Assembly (NCBI GenBank): GCA_003166335.1
Contig: PMWA01000047.1
Span: forward strand, 1,859-13,259
Direction of reading: 5' to 3'
DNA from: Methanobacterium sp.
GTDB taxonomy: Archaea > Methanobacteriota > Methanobacteria > Methanobacteriales > Methanobacteriaceae
Length of the DNA stretch: 11,401 nt
Made by a program: the position numbers and the translations under genes. The notes beneath the pieces are model-generated. The model did no database searches, was not told where the DNA came from, and was given only the letters and a program-made list of their open reading frames with translations. Shown here piece by piece: positions 1 to 9,409 of the stretch. The number at the start of each line of letters is the position of its first letter. Position 1 is the stretch's first letter.

Positions 1-1791
1 TATTCAATTTATTTTACCATTACCACTATATCAACTGTGGGATTTGGTGATATTGTTCCAATAACTCCGTTACAAAAAATTTTTGTTATTAGTTTAATAA
101 TTTTTGGTGTTGGTTTATTGGCTTATGCATTTATTTTGGTAATAACGGTGACTATAATGGCATGGGAAGAAGTAACATCTGGCGTTAGACAGAAAAGAAA
201 GATAGAAGGAACTAATAATCATTTTGTATTATGTGGCTATGGACGGGTGGGTAGTGCTGTTCACGAAGATTTATTAAAAAGGAATCAAACCGCAATAATA
301 ATAGAAAGCAATAGAAGTATTATTGAAAAGGAACTATGGGAGAATCCAGAAGTCCTAGCCCTACATGGTGATGCCACCGATGAAAGCATAATGAGAGACG
401 CTGGAATAAAAAGAGCCAGAGCAGTTATAATAACTACTGGCGACGATGTGGATAATCTATTTATAACTTTAACCGCCAGAGAAATGCGCTCTGACATATG
501 GATAGTCACCAGAGCAAGTAAAAAAGTAAATATAAAAAGACTTTATCGTTCGGGAGCGGACAAAGTCATATCTCCTGAGACTAGTGGAGCAGAGGATATT
601 TATTTTGCAGCTATTCAACCAACACTTATTAAGGTCACTGAAATGCATTGGGTAGATGATATGAAAAGGGAAGCTGATATCATCTTTAAACATGGATGTA
701 CTTTGGAGAGTATAGAATATCATTTACCTGAACTTAAAGGGCCTTTAGTTAGAGAAATAGAAAATTCCAATGAAGATCAGTTTAATAAATTTTTAGATAG
801 TTTAGAGCGTGAACCTTCTCGTAAAAAATCTTTAGAACGCATGTATGAGTCAATGAGTGGTATTCATTCCCATTGGATTTCAGGACCCAGTAAAGAAGCA
901 TTGGATGCTGTGGTGAATGAACTTAAACAAGAAGGATTTTTATTAGGAGTAAATCTTAATGAGGAAGAAATACAAGAGGCTGCTCGTAAATACGGACGAC
1001 TAGTTGAAGTAGTTATTAAACCTGAGATAAAAGTTACTGAAACTCATGGTGTGGCAGATATACGTGATGAATCCGAAATAATCTTAAAACATGGCGGTAC
1101 ATTAGAGGATATTGAATATTACTTACCCGGATTCAATGAACCTTTGCTTAGGAAAATTGGGTTGTCTGAATCTGAAGAAATGGAGAGATTTTTAACTCGT
1201 CTGGAAGAGGATGACAAGAGAATGGAGTCTCTTGAAAGACTATATAATTTATCAGGTGCTGGTGTTCATTCACACAGGATTTCAGCTCCTGACACTGACA
1301 TTCTTGGTAAAATAGAACAGGAATTAAACAATAAGGGTTTTCTTTTAGGTGTTAACCTGACTCATGAAGAGATTATAAAAAGAATTAAGGAATATGGAAG
1401 GGTTAGTGAAATGTTTTTAAGGCACGAACCGAGTCAGACTGATGATAAAATGATTGTGATAAAAACAGGAGGACGTATACTGGATTCAAAATATTATCTT
1501 CCCGGAGTAAGGCAAGTAGTAACTAGGCAGCTCTATTTAAGGAATGATGAAGATCTTAAAAATTGTGAAAGAGAATATCAGAAGCCAGAGTCTCAAAGAT
1601 CTCTTAAAGCCCTTTCTGGAATATCAAGAAATATACATTCACACACTGTATCTGCAGGAAATTTCAAAACTATAAAGAAGATAGAAGAAGCCTTAAATAA
1701 ATCAGGGATGCTTATAGGAGTTAATCTTGAGGAGGATGAAATTTGGAATATCATTGAAAGAGAGACTACAGGAAAAATCTGTATTGAATAA
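1..1791 (+). CDS. Potassium channel (MthK-like 2TM pore + RCK/TrkA-N domain) with three C-terminal tandem 3H-like domains; 5'-truncated by the window edge
   Basis: Frame 1 is open from base 1 ([20 protein letters not shown]), giving the pore helix and selectivity filter TVGFGD, so the track's GTG start at 37 is internal. The inner TM helix follows, then a Rossmann motif [22 protein letters not shown] and GADKVISPE typical of RCK/TrkA-N. From about nt 620 there are three ~125-135 aa repeats, each with an N-terminal His, an HSH motif and G(F/M)L(L/I)GVNL. Stop TAA at 1789-1791. Confidence 0.92.
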   Translation, partial: YSIYFTITTISTVGFGDIVPITPLQKIFVISLIIFGVGLLAYAFILVITVTIMAWEEVTSGVRQKRKIEGTNNHFVLCGYGRVGSAVHEDLLKRNQTAIIIESNRSIIEKELWENPEVLALHGDATDESIMRDAGIKRARAVIITTGDDVDNLFITLTAREMRSDIWIVTRASKKVNIKRLYRSGADKVISPETSGAEDIYFAAIQPTLIKVTEMHWVDDMKREADIIFKHGCTLESIEYHLPELKGPLVREIENSNEDQFNKFLDSLEREPSRKKSLERMYESMSGIHSHWISGPSKEALDAVVNELKQEGFLLGVNLNEEEIQEAARKYGRLVEVVIKPEIKVTETHGVADIRDESEIILKHGGTLEDIEYYLPGFNEPLLRKIGLSESEEMERFLTRLEEDDKRMESLERLYNLSGAGVHSHRISAPDTDILGKIEQELNNKGFLLGVNLTHEEIIKRIKEYGRVSEMFLRHEPSQTDDKMIVIKTGGRILDSKYYLPGVRQVVTRQLYLRNDEDLKNCEREYQKPESQRSLKALSGISRNIHSHTVSAGNFKTIKKIEEALNKSGMLIGVNLEEDEIWNIIERETTGKICIE

Positions 1792-1837
1792 ATTAGTTTA
1801 AAATTTCAAAAAAAGATTAGTAAGGGAAATAAATCCC

Positions 1838-2731
<894 letters not shown>

Positions 2732-2985
2732 TTTATCACGTTCTCCTACTTTAATTTGAACTAAAAACTTTCAATTTATTACAATTAGCTACCTAGTCAG
2801 ATGCTATCGTAATGCCTTAATATTTTTCTCTCAAATAAGCTATTGTTTATTTGGAATAAATAAACCTATCAAAATATTGATTTTTTTTCCTTTTTATATT
2901 TTTATAAATTAATCTCAGATTTTTATAGAACTGAATAAAAGTAGATGATTAAACAGCTTATTTTTAAATCAGTAAAAAAAATTCA

Positions 2986-3996
2986 TCAAATTTTGCCTGA
3001 TAATTTATCAAGCACTGCTGATCCATAATAAGGTATCAATGCAACACCAATAAATGAAGTCAACCAGAATGATATTAACCTTTCAATAATTGTGGCAGCA
3101 GCACTTATTGATGGAGGTACACCAGATATAGAAAATATAATAATCATCACTCCATCCACAGCTCCTACTCCTCCCGGCAGCAGTGGTATTAAGGCAATTA
3201 ACGCGGATATGACAAATACAGATGCAATTACTAATAAAGAGACGTGAGTATTGAATGCTAAAAAGATTATATAAAGTCTTATTATCTCAATAAACCAAAT
3301 TAAAAAGGATAGTGGGAGAGCGTATAATAATACGTTCCTGCTTTTAATTACAGATCGAATGCTATTTTGAAATCCATGTAAAGCATCCAGAGCGTTTTTT
3401 TCTAGTTTACTGTGTTCTTTTTTTGAAAATCGCTTAATAATAGTTACTATCCATTTAGTAACCTTCTCGCCCATTTTCTGGTTGATAGACATATAAAATC
3501 CAATTATAAACAATACCACCAGTATCACTAATGAGATTGTTAAAGTTAAAATCAGGAAAAAGGACAATTTCAAATATAAAACCGCAGAAATAATAGTTAT
3601 TATAGCTAAAAGAAACAATGGAAATGTGTCTAAACCTCTATCCGCTATCACTGAAGCAAAAGAAGTCTCTGTAGGGGATTGAGAAAATTTACTTAGAATG
3701 TAGGCTCTGACAGGTTCTCCTCCGCCCGCGGGAGTTATATTGTTAATACCCTTACCCACTAGAGTCATAGGTAAAAGAGGCATTTTTTTAATTGATATTC
3801 CAACAGCATGAATATTTATCGACCATCTAACAGTCCAGAGTAGGTATAATATAAATTGTATTGCTAATGCCAGTAGTACGTACAATGGATTGGCCATTGC
3901 AATGGCTTCTTCAATTTTAACAGGACCTATGAATAGAACTAGAAGAGCTAGAATTCCTATTCCAATTGCTAAGAAGATCAAAGTGTGGTATCTCAT
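2986..3996 (-). CDS. UPF0104 / lysylphosphatidylglycerol synthase TM-domain (AglD2-like flippase-domain) membrane protein
   Basis: 336 aa multi-TM protein with family motifs RW, NNITPAGGGEPVRAYIL, SVIADRGLD, PLLPGGVGAVD and ERLISFWL. Confidence 0.88.
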   Translation of the reverse strand: MRYHTLIFLAIGIGILALLVLFIGPVKIEEAIAMANPLYVLLALAIQFILYLLWTVRWSINIHAVGISIKKMPLLPMTLVGKGINNITPAGGGEPVRAYILSKFSQSPTETSFASVIADRGLDTFPLFLLAIITIISAVLYLKLSFFLILTLTISLVILVVLFIIGFYMSINQKMGEKVTKWIVTIIKRFSKKEHSKLEKNALDALHGFQNSIRSVIKSRNVLLYALPLSFLIWFIEIIRLYIIFLAFNTHVSLLVIASVFVISALIALIPLLPGGVGAVDGVMIIIFSISGVPPSISAAATIIERLISFWLTSFIGVALIPYYGSAVLDKLSGKI

Positions 3997-4102
3997 TAAA
4001 ATCCACTAAAAGCTTTTTTTAATTCATTAATTTATAAAATTGAATATAAAAGTTTGTTTAGAATCTAAATTATGTTTTTCTAACTAACATATTATGATGA
4101 TG

Positions 4103-4600
4103 CTAAAGAAATATAACTTGATAATTCAAATCGTCAGAATCCATTAGAACTACTGTTTCATTACCGGATAAGTATCCGCATGTTTCTCCAGGGTTTATAA
4201 CGAGAGTTTCTCCATCTATAATTTCCACTTTGTGAGTATGACCTCTCACTAATACTTCATATTTTCCACTGCAAGATATTGCTTCCACAATAGTCTGATT
4301 AGAGCCATGCATAATTGCCATTAGTTTATTTCCTAACTCAAATTCTTTAAAATCCTCCAGATAACATAACTGTTTATAAGCCCTTCGCAAACCATGCCTT
4401 TCTCCATCATTATTTCCGAAAACTGCTAAAAATTGAGAGTCAAGATTTTGGAATATCTCAGCTGTGAAAGGAGAAATCAAATCCCCAGCATGCACTACTA
4501 AATCAACCTTTTCCTGGTTAAAAAACATTACTGCCTTTTTTATTGACTCTAAATTATCGTGGCTATCAGACATTATACCAATAATAATTTCATCCACCAC
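4103..4600 (-). CDS. YfcE/MJ0936-type metallophosphoesterase (calcineurin-like)
   Basis: 165 aa, GTG start (exact start uncertain). Motifs SDSHDN, HAGD, GNND, MHG, GHTH and NPGE are in canonical order. Confidence 0.92.
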   Translation of the reverse strand: MVDEIIIGIMSDSHDNLESIKKAVMFFNQEKVDLVVHAGDLISPFTAEIFQNLDSQFLAVFGNNDGERHGLRRAYKQLCYLEDFKEFELGNKLMAIMHGSNQTIVEAISCSGKYEVLVRGHTHKVEIIDGETLVINPGETCGYLSGNETVVLMDSDDLNYQVIFL

Positions 4601-4844
4601 TCAGATATTTTTAAGTGATATTAATATTATATTTTAATTAAATTAAAATTAACGTAAAGAAAAACTTATTTTGAAAAAAATATATTTAAATGACTATTGT
4701 TTCTAAAAGTTAGTATTATAATTTTCTGAAGGATTATTTAAAAAATATAAGCACACACTAAACTGAATTTCATAAAGCCTCCTAATGATTTAGAATTTGA
4801 TTAAATTTTTTGAAGATGAACTGTAAATCAGAAATCATATCAAC

Positions 4845-4878
4845 TTAAAGTTAGTTAGAAATTAAAGGTAGTTAGAAA
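4845..4878. repeat. Tandem 17-bp direct repeat
   Basis: TTAAAGTTAGTTAGAAA (4845-4861) followed directly by TTAAAGGTAGTTAGAAA (4862-4878); 1 mismatch. Confidence 0.8.
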
Positions 4879-4882
4879 TTTG

Positions 4883-4938
4883 AACTAGACGTGATGATAT
4901 CATTTAAAAGGCCTTTTATCTTACTGAACCTAGTTTTT
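4883..4938 (+). ncRNA. Candidate box C/D (kink-turn) small RNA
   Basis: Terminal stem AACTAG (4883-4888)/CTAGTT (4930-4935), consensus box C GTGATGA (4891-4897), box D CTGA (4924-4927), then a T-tract. No C'/D' boxes and only 26 nt between the boxes. Confidence 0.35.
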
Positions 4939-5122
4939 ACGATAAAGTTAAATTTAAAATTTCAAACTCTATAAAACGAAATCTTAAGTTTGTAAAGTAT
5001 TAAAATAACGAAAATTTTAAAAAATCTAAATTTATATGTTTCTGGAACATTTGTATTTCTTTAGTTTTTTTACCCATTTTTTGGATTGAGAGATTTATAC
5101 TCCTCTTACAGATTAAGCATTC

Positions 5123-5186
5123 AAAATTTTAACTAAACTTTTAGTCAAAATTTTATTTGAAAACTCTCCTTTTTTAGTTAAAATTT
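5123..5186. repeat. Inverted repeat with a third half-site upstream of the SPFH gene (possible operator)
   Basis: AAAATTTTAACTAAA (5123-5137), CT, TTTAGTCAAAATTTT (5140-5154), 1 mismatch; a further TTTAGTTAAAATTT at 5173-5186. Confidence 0.5.
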
Positions 5187-5242
5187 AATATGAGTTCCGT
5201 TAATATTATTAGTCAATGATAATATAATTAGGAGGTTGAAAA

Positions 5243-6025
5243 ATGGTAGATTATGTAACTCTTACCTTCATTGGTATTATAATATTAATTATTTTAGGTC
5301 TTTCCATACGTATAGTAAATCAATACGAGAGAGGAGTAGTTTTTAGATTGGGAAAGGTTATCGGAATCAAGGAACCGGGTCTTCGTCTCATCATCCCCCT
5401 CGTGGACAGAATGGTTAAACCATCATTAAGAATAGTTACCATGCCCATACCCGCTCAAAAAATCATAACTCAGGATAACGTGACCATTGACGTGGCTGCA
5501 GTAGCTTACTTCAAAGTGACTGATGCTTATAAAGCTGTAGTTGAAATTGAAAACTATAATCGGGCGGTTAACCAGATTGCACAGACCACATTGAGAAGTG
5601 TTGTAGGAAAATATGCCCTAGATGAAATATTATCAGAAACGCAGAAATTAAACCAGAGCATGCAGGAAATCATAGATACTCACAGTGAACCGTGGGGTAT
5701 AAAAGTCACCACCGTAGAAATAAAGGATATTAAACTACCTGACAGTATGCAGAGAGCTATCGCACTTCAAGCAGAAGCTGAAAGGGAGAAAAGAGCTAAA
5801 ATCATATCGGCTGAAGGTGAATATCTGGCTGCAGGTAAATTAGGAGATGCAGCAGATATTATAACAGAACATCCAGTAGCTCTCCAATTACGTATAATGC
5901 AAGTTCTAAGCAACATTGCTGCAGAAAAGAATTCAACCATAGTATTCCCAGCCCAGTTACTCAACAGCATAAGGGATATTAAAGACTTTATGACATCAGA
6001 GTTAGGTGAAACAGAGAAAAAATAA
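5243..6025 (+). CDS. SPFH/band-7 (stomatin/slipin family) membrane protein
   Basis: 260 aa. N-terminal TM anchor, [60 protein letters not shown] and ALQLR. Strong SD GGAGGT 6 nt before the ATG. Confidence 0.96.
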   Translation: MVDYVTLTFIGIIILIILGLSIRIVNQYERGVVFRLGKVIGIKEPGLRLIIPLVDRMVKPSLRIVTMPIPAQKIITQDNVTIDVAAVAYFKVTDAYKAVVEIENYNRAVNQIAQTTLRSVVGKYALDEILSETQKLNQSMQEIIDTHSEPWGIKVTTVEIKDIKLPDSMQRAIALQAEAEREKRAKIISAEGEYLAAGKLGDAADIITEHPVALQLRIMQVLSNIAAEKNSTIVFPAQLLNSIRDIKDFMTSELGETEKK

Positions 6026-6049
6026 AACAGTGTTTACTAACTTTCTCTA

Positions 6050-6099
6050 TTTTTTTTTAAATTTTTTAATTATTCTTTCCTTGTGAAATTAAAAAAATT
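6050..6099. terminator. Probable bidirectional oligo-T terminator between convergent genes
   Basis: T9 tract at 6050-6058 after the SPFH stop and an A7 tract at 6091-6097 (T-tract on the minus strand) after the MBL gene stop. Confidence 0.5.
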
Positions 6100-6111
6100 C
6101 ATATATTAAAT

Positions 6112-6729
6112 TTAAAATTCCATGGCAACTTCATAAGCCATTTTCACGTGTTTTGAACCATCTGAAGTACAGGGCCCATGTCCCGGAAGTAAGTATTCAA
6201 TTTCAAGTTCACTCAATCTTTTTAAGGATTTTTTCATTGAATCCATATTTCCCCCCAAATCAATCCTTCCGAAACCACCATCTGCAAAAACAGTGTCCCC
6301 TGATATGAGAGTTTCTCCATTATAAAGACAGATCCCCCCTACTGTGTGTCCCGGAGTGTGTAAAACTTCAAAATCATGGATTTTATCGCCTTCATGAAGT
6401 TTAACTTCCACTTTCATGTTGCATAATGATTTTCCAAACATGTCTGCAGCAGTAGTTTTTTCATCACCTTCTTCCAATGCTTTAGCATCTTCTTGGTGCA
6501 TTGCCACCTTCAAATCGAGATGAACATTGCCTCCAATGTGATCGTAATGATTGTGGGTGTTCACTATGAGTGAGAGATTATTTGGATCGTACTCTGCATT
6601 TTTCAAAGAGTTGAGTACGTAATTCATGTTTTGTCCTGTTCCGGTATCCACTATGACATCTTCAAAGACGTAAATATTAGAATCAAAGCCTTTTCCTTCA
6701 ATCATTATAATATCCTTGATCTTTCGCAA
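6112..6729 (-). CDS. Metallo-beta-lactamase-fold hydrolase (glyoxalase II-like)
   Basis: 205 aa. DTG, THNHYDHIGG (HxHxDH), HTPGHT, SGD and PGHG motifs. TTG start preceded by SD GGTGAT at 5 nt. Confidence 0.93.
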   Translation of the reverse strand: MRKIKDIIMIEGKGFDSNIYVFEDVIVDTGTGQNMNYVLNSLKNAEYDPNNLSLIVNTHNHYDHIGGNVHLDLKVAMHQEDAKALEEGDEKTTAADMFGKSLCNMKVEVKLHEGDKIHDFEVLHTPGHTVGGICLYNGETLISGDTVFADGGFGRIDLGGNMDSMKKSLKRLSELEIEYLLPGHGPCTSDGSKHVKMAYEVAMEF

Positions 6730-6780
6730 AATGTATCACCAAATAATTTAAAAATAATATTAAACTAAAATAATAAAAAG

Positions 6781-6924
<144 letters not shown>

Positions 6925-7038
6925 TAATCATGTTTCGAAATTATTTAATTTAACAATTTAGCAGGAAACATTTGAATTATGGATAAGCACTAACTAAAAG
7001 GCTAACCATAGCTCATTACTTAAGTTGAATTTCTTTAA

Positions 7039-7053
7039 TATTTAAAACTTACT
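7039..7053 (-). promoter_or_regulatory. Putative BRE/TATA promoter for tRNA-Trp
   Basis: Minus strand AGTAAGT-TTTAAATA (TATA at 7046..7039) matches the methanogen consensus and predicts a start near 7015. Confidence 0.5.
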
Positions 7054-7147
7054 ATGAAAATTCTTATTCCAAATATCAATTAAAAAAAACTCTTTAATCT
7101 AAGATGTTTTCCATAAAATCTTTAAATAAATAATTATTTAATAAATC

Positions 7148-7543
7148 TCATCCTTGATTATCTAAAATAATTATCTGACTAGCATTAGTCTGAGGTGGGT
7201 AAGTTTGAAGTAGAGGTCCACTAAATTTGATTCCAATAACCTGTCCCGGTACAAGATCATTGGAAGATGCATTTTCAAGAGTATTTCCCTGTTTATATAG
7301 CACAACTGTATTTTTTGTTATTTCAACTGATATATTTTGATCTTCAGAGCTTCCGGACGTTGTTCCCTGAACTAAAATAGAATCAAGTACATTATTATTC
7401 CCTTGCAAATTATTCTGGCAAATACCAATTATTTTACCACTCATATCAACACTATTATTCCCTGTGGCAGAGATTGCACCATAAACAACACCTAAAAATA
7501 ATACAAAAAGGAATGCCATTATAGTTATTGTTATACCCTTCAT
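7148..7543 (-). CDS. Secreted/membrane-anchored DUF3221 (YobA-like) protein
   Basis: 131 aa. N-terminal hydrophobic signal/anchor, beta-rich body, and a C-terminal DLxxGQxIxIxFSGPLLQTYPPQTNAxxIxI pattern recalled from DUF3221. Confidence 0.7.
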   Translation of the reverse strand: MKGITITIMAFLFVLFLGVVYGAISATGNNSVDMSGKIIGICQNNLQGNNNVLDSILVQGTTSGSSEDQNISVEITKNTVVLYKQGNTLENASSNDLVPGQVIGIKFSGPLLQTYPPQTNASQIIILDNQG

Positions 7544-7865
7544 TTTCTACCCTTTTCAAGCTAAAGGCAATTTAGTTATGTCCCTGTTTTATATAATTTA
7601 TAATTTATATAGTATTCGGTTAAATCATTAATATTTTTAACTAAATGCTAACTACATCTAACAAAACCCCTTTAAATTTCAAGACTAAAAAATTCTTATG
7701 CAAACAATCTACTCCAAAAAAAATTAAATTCTTCAAAAATTAAATTATACCAAGAACAATTCTAAATAATTTATTCCTCCTCAAACATTGAATTTTCATT
7801 GATCAAAAAAAATTAAAGATATGTTAGTGTTTTATAGTTTTCAGGCTAAATTATTAACCGATTAA

Positions 7866-9233
7866 ATGAAGGATCGCGGATCTCTTAAAAATTATGCATT
7901 ACTGGTAAGCATCATAGTCAGTTTTTTAGTTACCTATGTAAGTTCCGCTATTAATATAGCCTTACCAGATATCGCCCAGACTTTTTCGCTTAATGCTATA
8001 TTTTTAAGCTGGATCCCCACTTCGTATCTGCTTTTTTCAGCTATTTTTTTAATACCATTCGGAAAAATCGCTGATATATACGGTAAAAAACGTATTATCA
8101 CCTATGGAATAATAATATTTATATTAGCTAGTTTTTTATCTGCAATATCTAATTCTGGAACCATGTTATTAATATCCAGAATTTTTCAGGCTTTAGGGAG
8201 CTCTATGATTTATGGTAACGTATATTCACTAATCGCCTCAGTTTATCCCCGAGAAGAGGAAGGAAAACCATTATCCATCACTGTAGCAGCTGCATATGTT
8301 GGACTTTCTACAGGACCGGTTCTAGGGGGATTTCTGACACAGTACTTCGGATGGCGAAGTATCTTTCTTTTCACCATTCCCCTTGGAATAATAGCCATTT
8401 TAGCCATATCCAAACTAGAAAAAGAATGGTTCGAAGCGCAAGGGGAAGGATTAAGTATTAGTAGTATTTCCATCTTAGCATTATCTTTAATAGCCGTTAT
8501 GTATGGTTTCTCAGTCATAACCACTAGCATTGGAATATTAACAATGATACTTGGATCTTTAGGCGTTATTGTATTTATCTGGCTTCAAACAAAAGTTAAA
8601 AACCCCCTACTAGATCCCAAAATACTATTTGACAGGGTATATATAATCAACAACCTAACATCTCTGGTGAACTATGGTCCCGGAATATTTACCATTTTCC
8701 TTTTAAGTCTCTATCTCCAAAACCTAAGGGGCTTAACGCCTACTCAAACAGGTCTATTGTTATGTGTCCAATCAGTTTTCGTAGCTGTTTCTTCTTTTCT
8801 GGTCGGTAAACTCCTAGATTTCACATTACCCCGATATATTGCAGCCGTTGGTATGGCAATGACCGCCATAGGATTAACCTTTTTCCTAATGTTAAATGAA
8901 ACCACTAGTTTTGTTTTTATAATTACAGCCCTCTCTATCATCGGGTTTGGATATGGCCTTTCTGCCGCCTCCAGCACAGAAATATCCTTAAAATACTTTG
9001 ATAAAAGATTTTTCGGAGTTTCCAGTGCGACATTAAACACCATGAGAGTTGTGGGCCAAATGATAGGAATGGGAGTGACCATGGCTGTTTTAACTATATT
9101 CATGGGAAATGCTCAGTTAACACCTCATAATTACAGTATTTTCATCGAAAGTAGCAAAATACCGTTTATAATATACGCTATTTTATGTTATATCTCCATA
9201 TATGGTTATTTCATCATTAGAAGAAAAAATTAA
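7866..9233 (+). CDS. MFS transporter, DHA2 (EmrB/QacA-like) drug/metabolite exporter
   Basis: 455 aa, highly hydrophobic. INIALPDI, motif A GKIADIYGKKR, RIFQALG, GPVLGGFLTQYFGWRSIF, and LYLQNLRGLTP. No clear SD; TTTATA at 7831-7836 suggests a near-leaderless transcript. Confidence 0.93.
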   Translation: MKDRGSLKNYALLVSIIVSFLVTYVSSAINIALPDIAQTFSLNAIFLSWIPTSYLLFSAIFLIPFGKIADIYGKKRIITYGIIIFILASFLSAISNSGTMLLISRIFQALGSSMIYGNVYSLIASVYPREEEGKPLSITVAAAYVGLSTGPVLGGFLTQYFGWRSIFLFTIPLGIIAILAISKLEKEWFEAQGEGLSISSISILALSLIAVMYGFSVITTSIGILTMILGSLGVIVFIWLQTKVKNPLLDPKILFDRVYIINNLTSLVNYGPGIFTIFLLSLYLQNLRGLTPTQTGLLLCVQSVFVAVSSFLVGKLLDFTLPRYIAAVGMAMTAIGLTFFLMLNETTSFVFIITALSIIGFGYGLSAASSTEISLKYFDKRFFGVSSATLNTMRVVGQMIGMGVTMAVLTIFMGNAQLTPHNYSIFIESSKIPFIIYAILCYISIYGYFIIRRKN

Positions 9234-9409
9234 ACATGCAATTCTTTAATTAATGTTCCATTAAATTTAAGAAAACTCTCTGAGCCTGAATGTTCTATTA
9301 ATTGCATTTAAAACATTATAAAATGTAAATGGATCTATCTGCATGAATTTTATATTATAAAGTTCCAGCTAACTATTTTTCAAATAAGAATTTCAATATT
9401 TTTGTTATG

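Noticed and set aside
37..39. GTG start given by the ORF track for the K+ channel
   Set aside because: It is the Val of the TVGFG filter. The frame is open to base 1 and the first TM helix lies outside the window.
285..723. Antisense ORFs 285..509 and 469..723
   Set aside because: Shadow ORFs opposite the RCK coding region, with no recognisable motifs.
5767..5970. 67-aa antisense ORF
   Set aside because: Shadow of the SPFH gene.
6112..6729. MBL-fold gene as an antibiotic-resistance beta-lactamase or tRNase Z
   Set aside because: No signal peptide, and its length and motifs fit generic glyoxalase II-like hydrolases. It is too short for tRNase Z; adjacency to the tRNA is not sufficient evidence.
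7715..7818. Repeated AAAAATTAAA runs upstream of the MFS gene
   Set aside because: Low-complexity A/T sequence.
8243..9103. Antisense ORFs 8243..8530 and 8744..9103
   Set aside because: Shadows of the MFS gene.
9252..9300. 12-bp imperfect direct repeat AATGTTC(C/T)ATTA
   Set aside because: Short, AT-rich, only two copies between convergent genes; no support for CRISPR or a target-site duplication.
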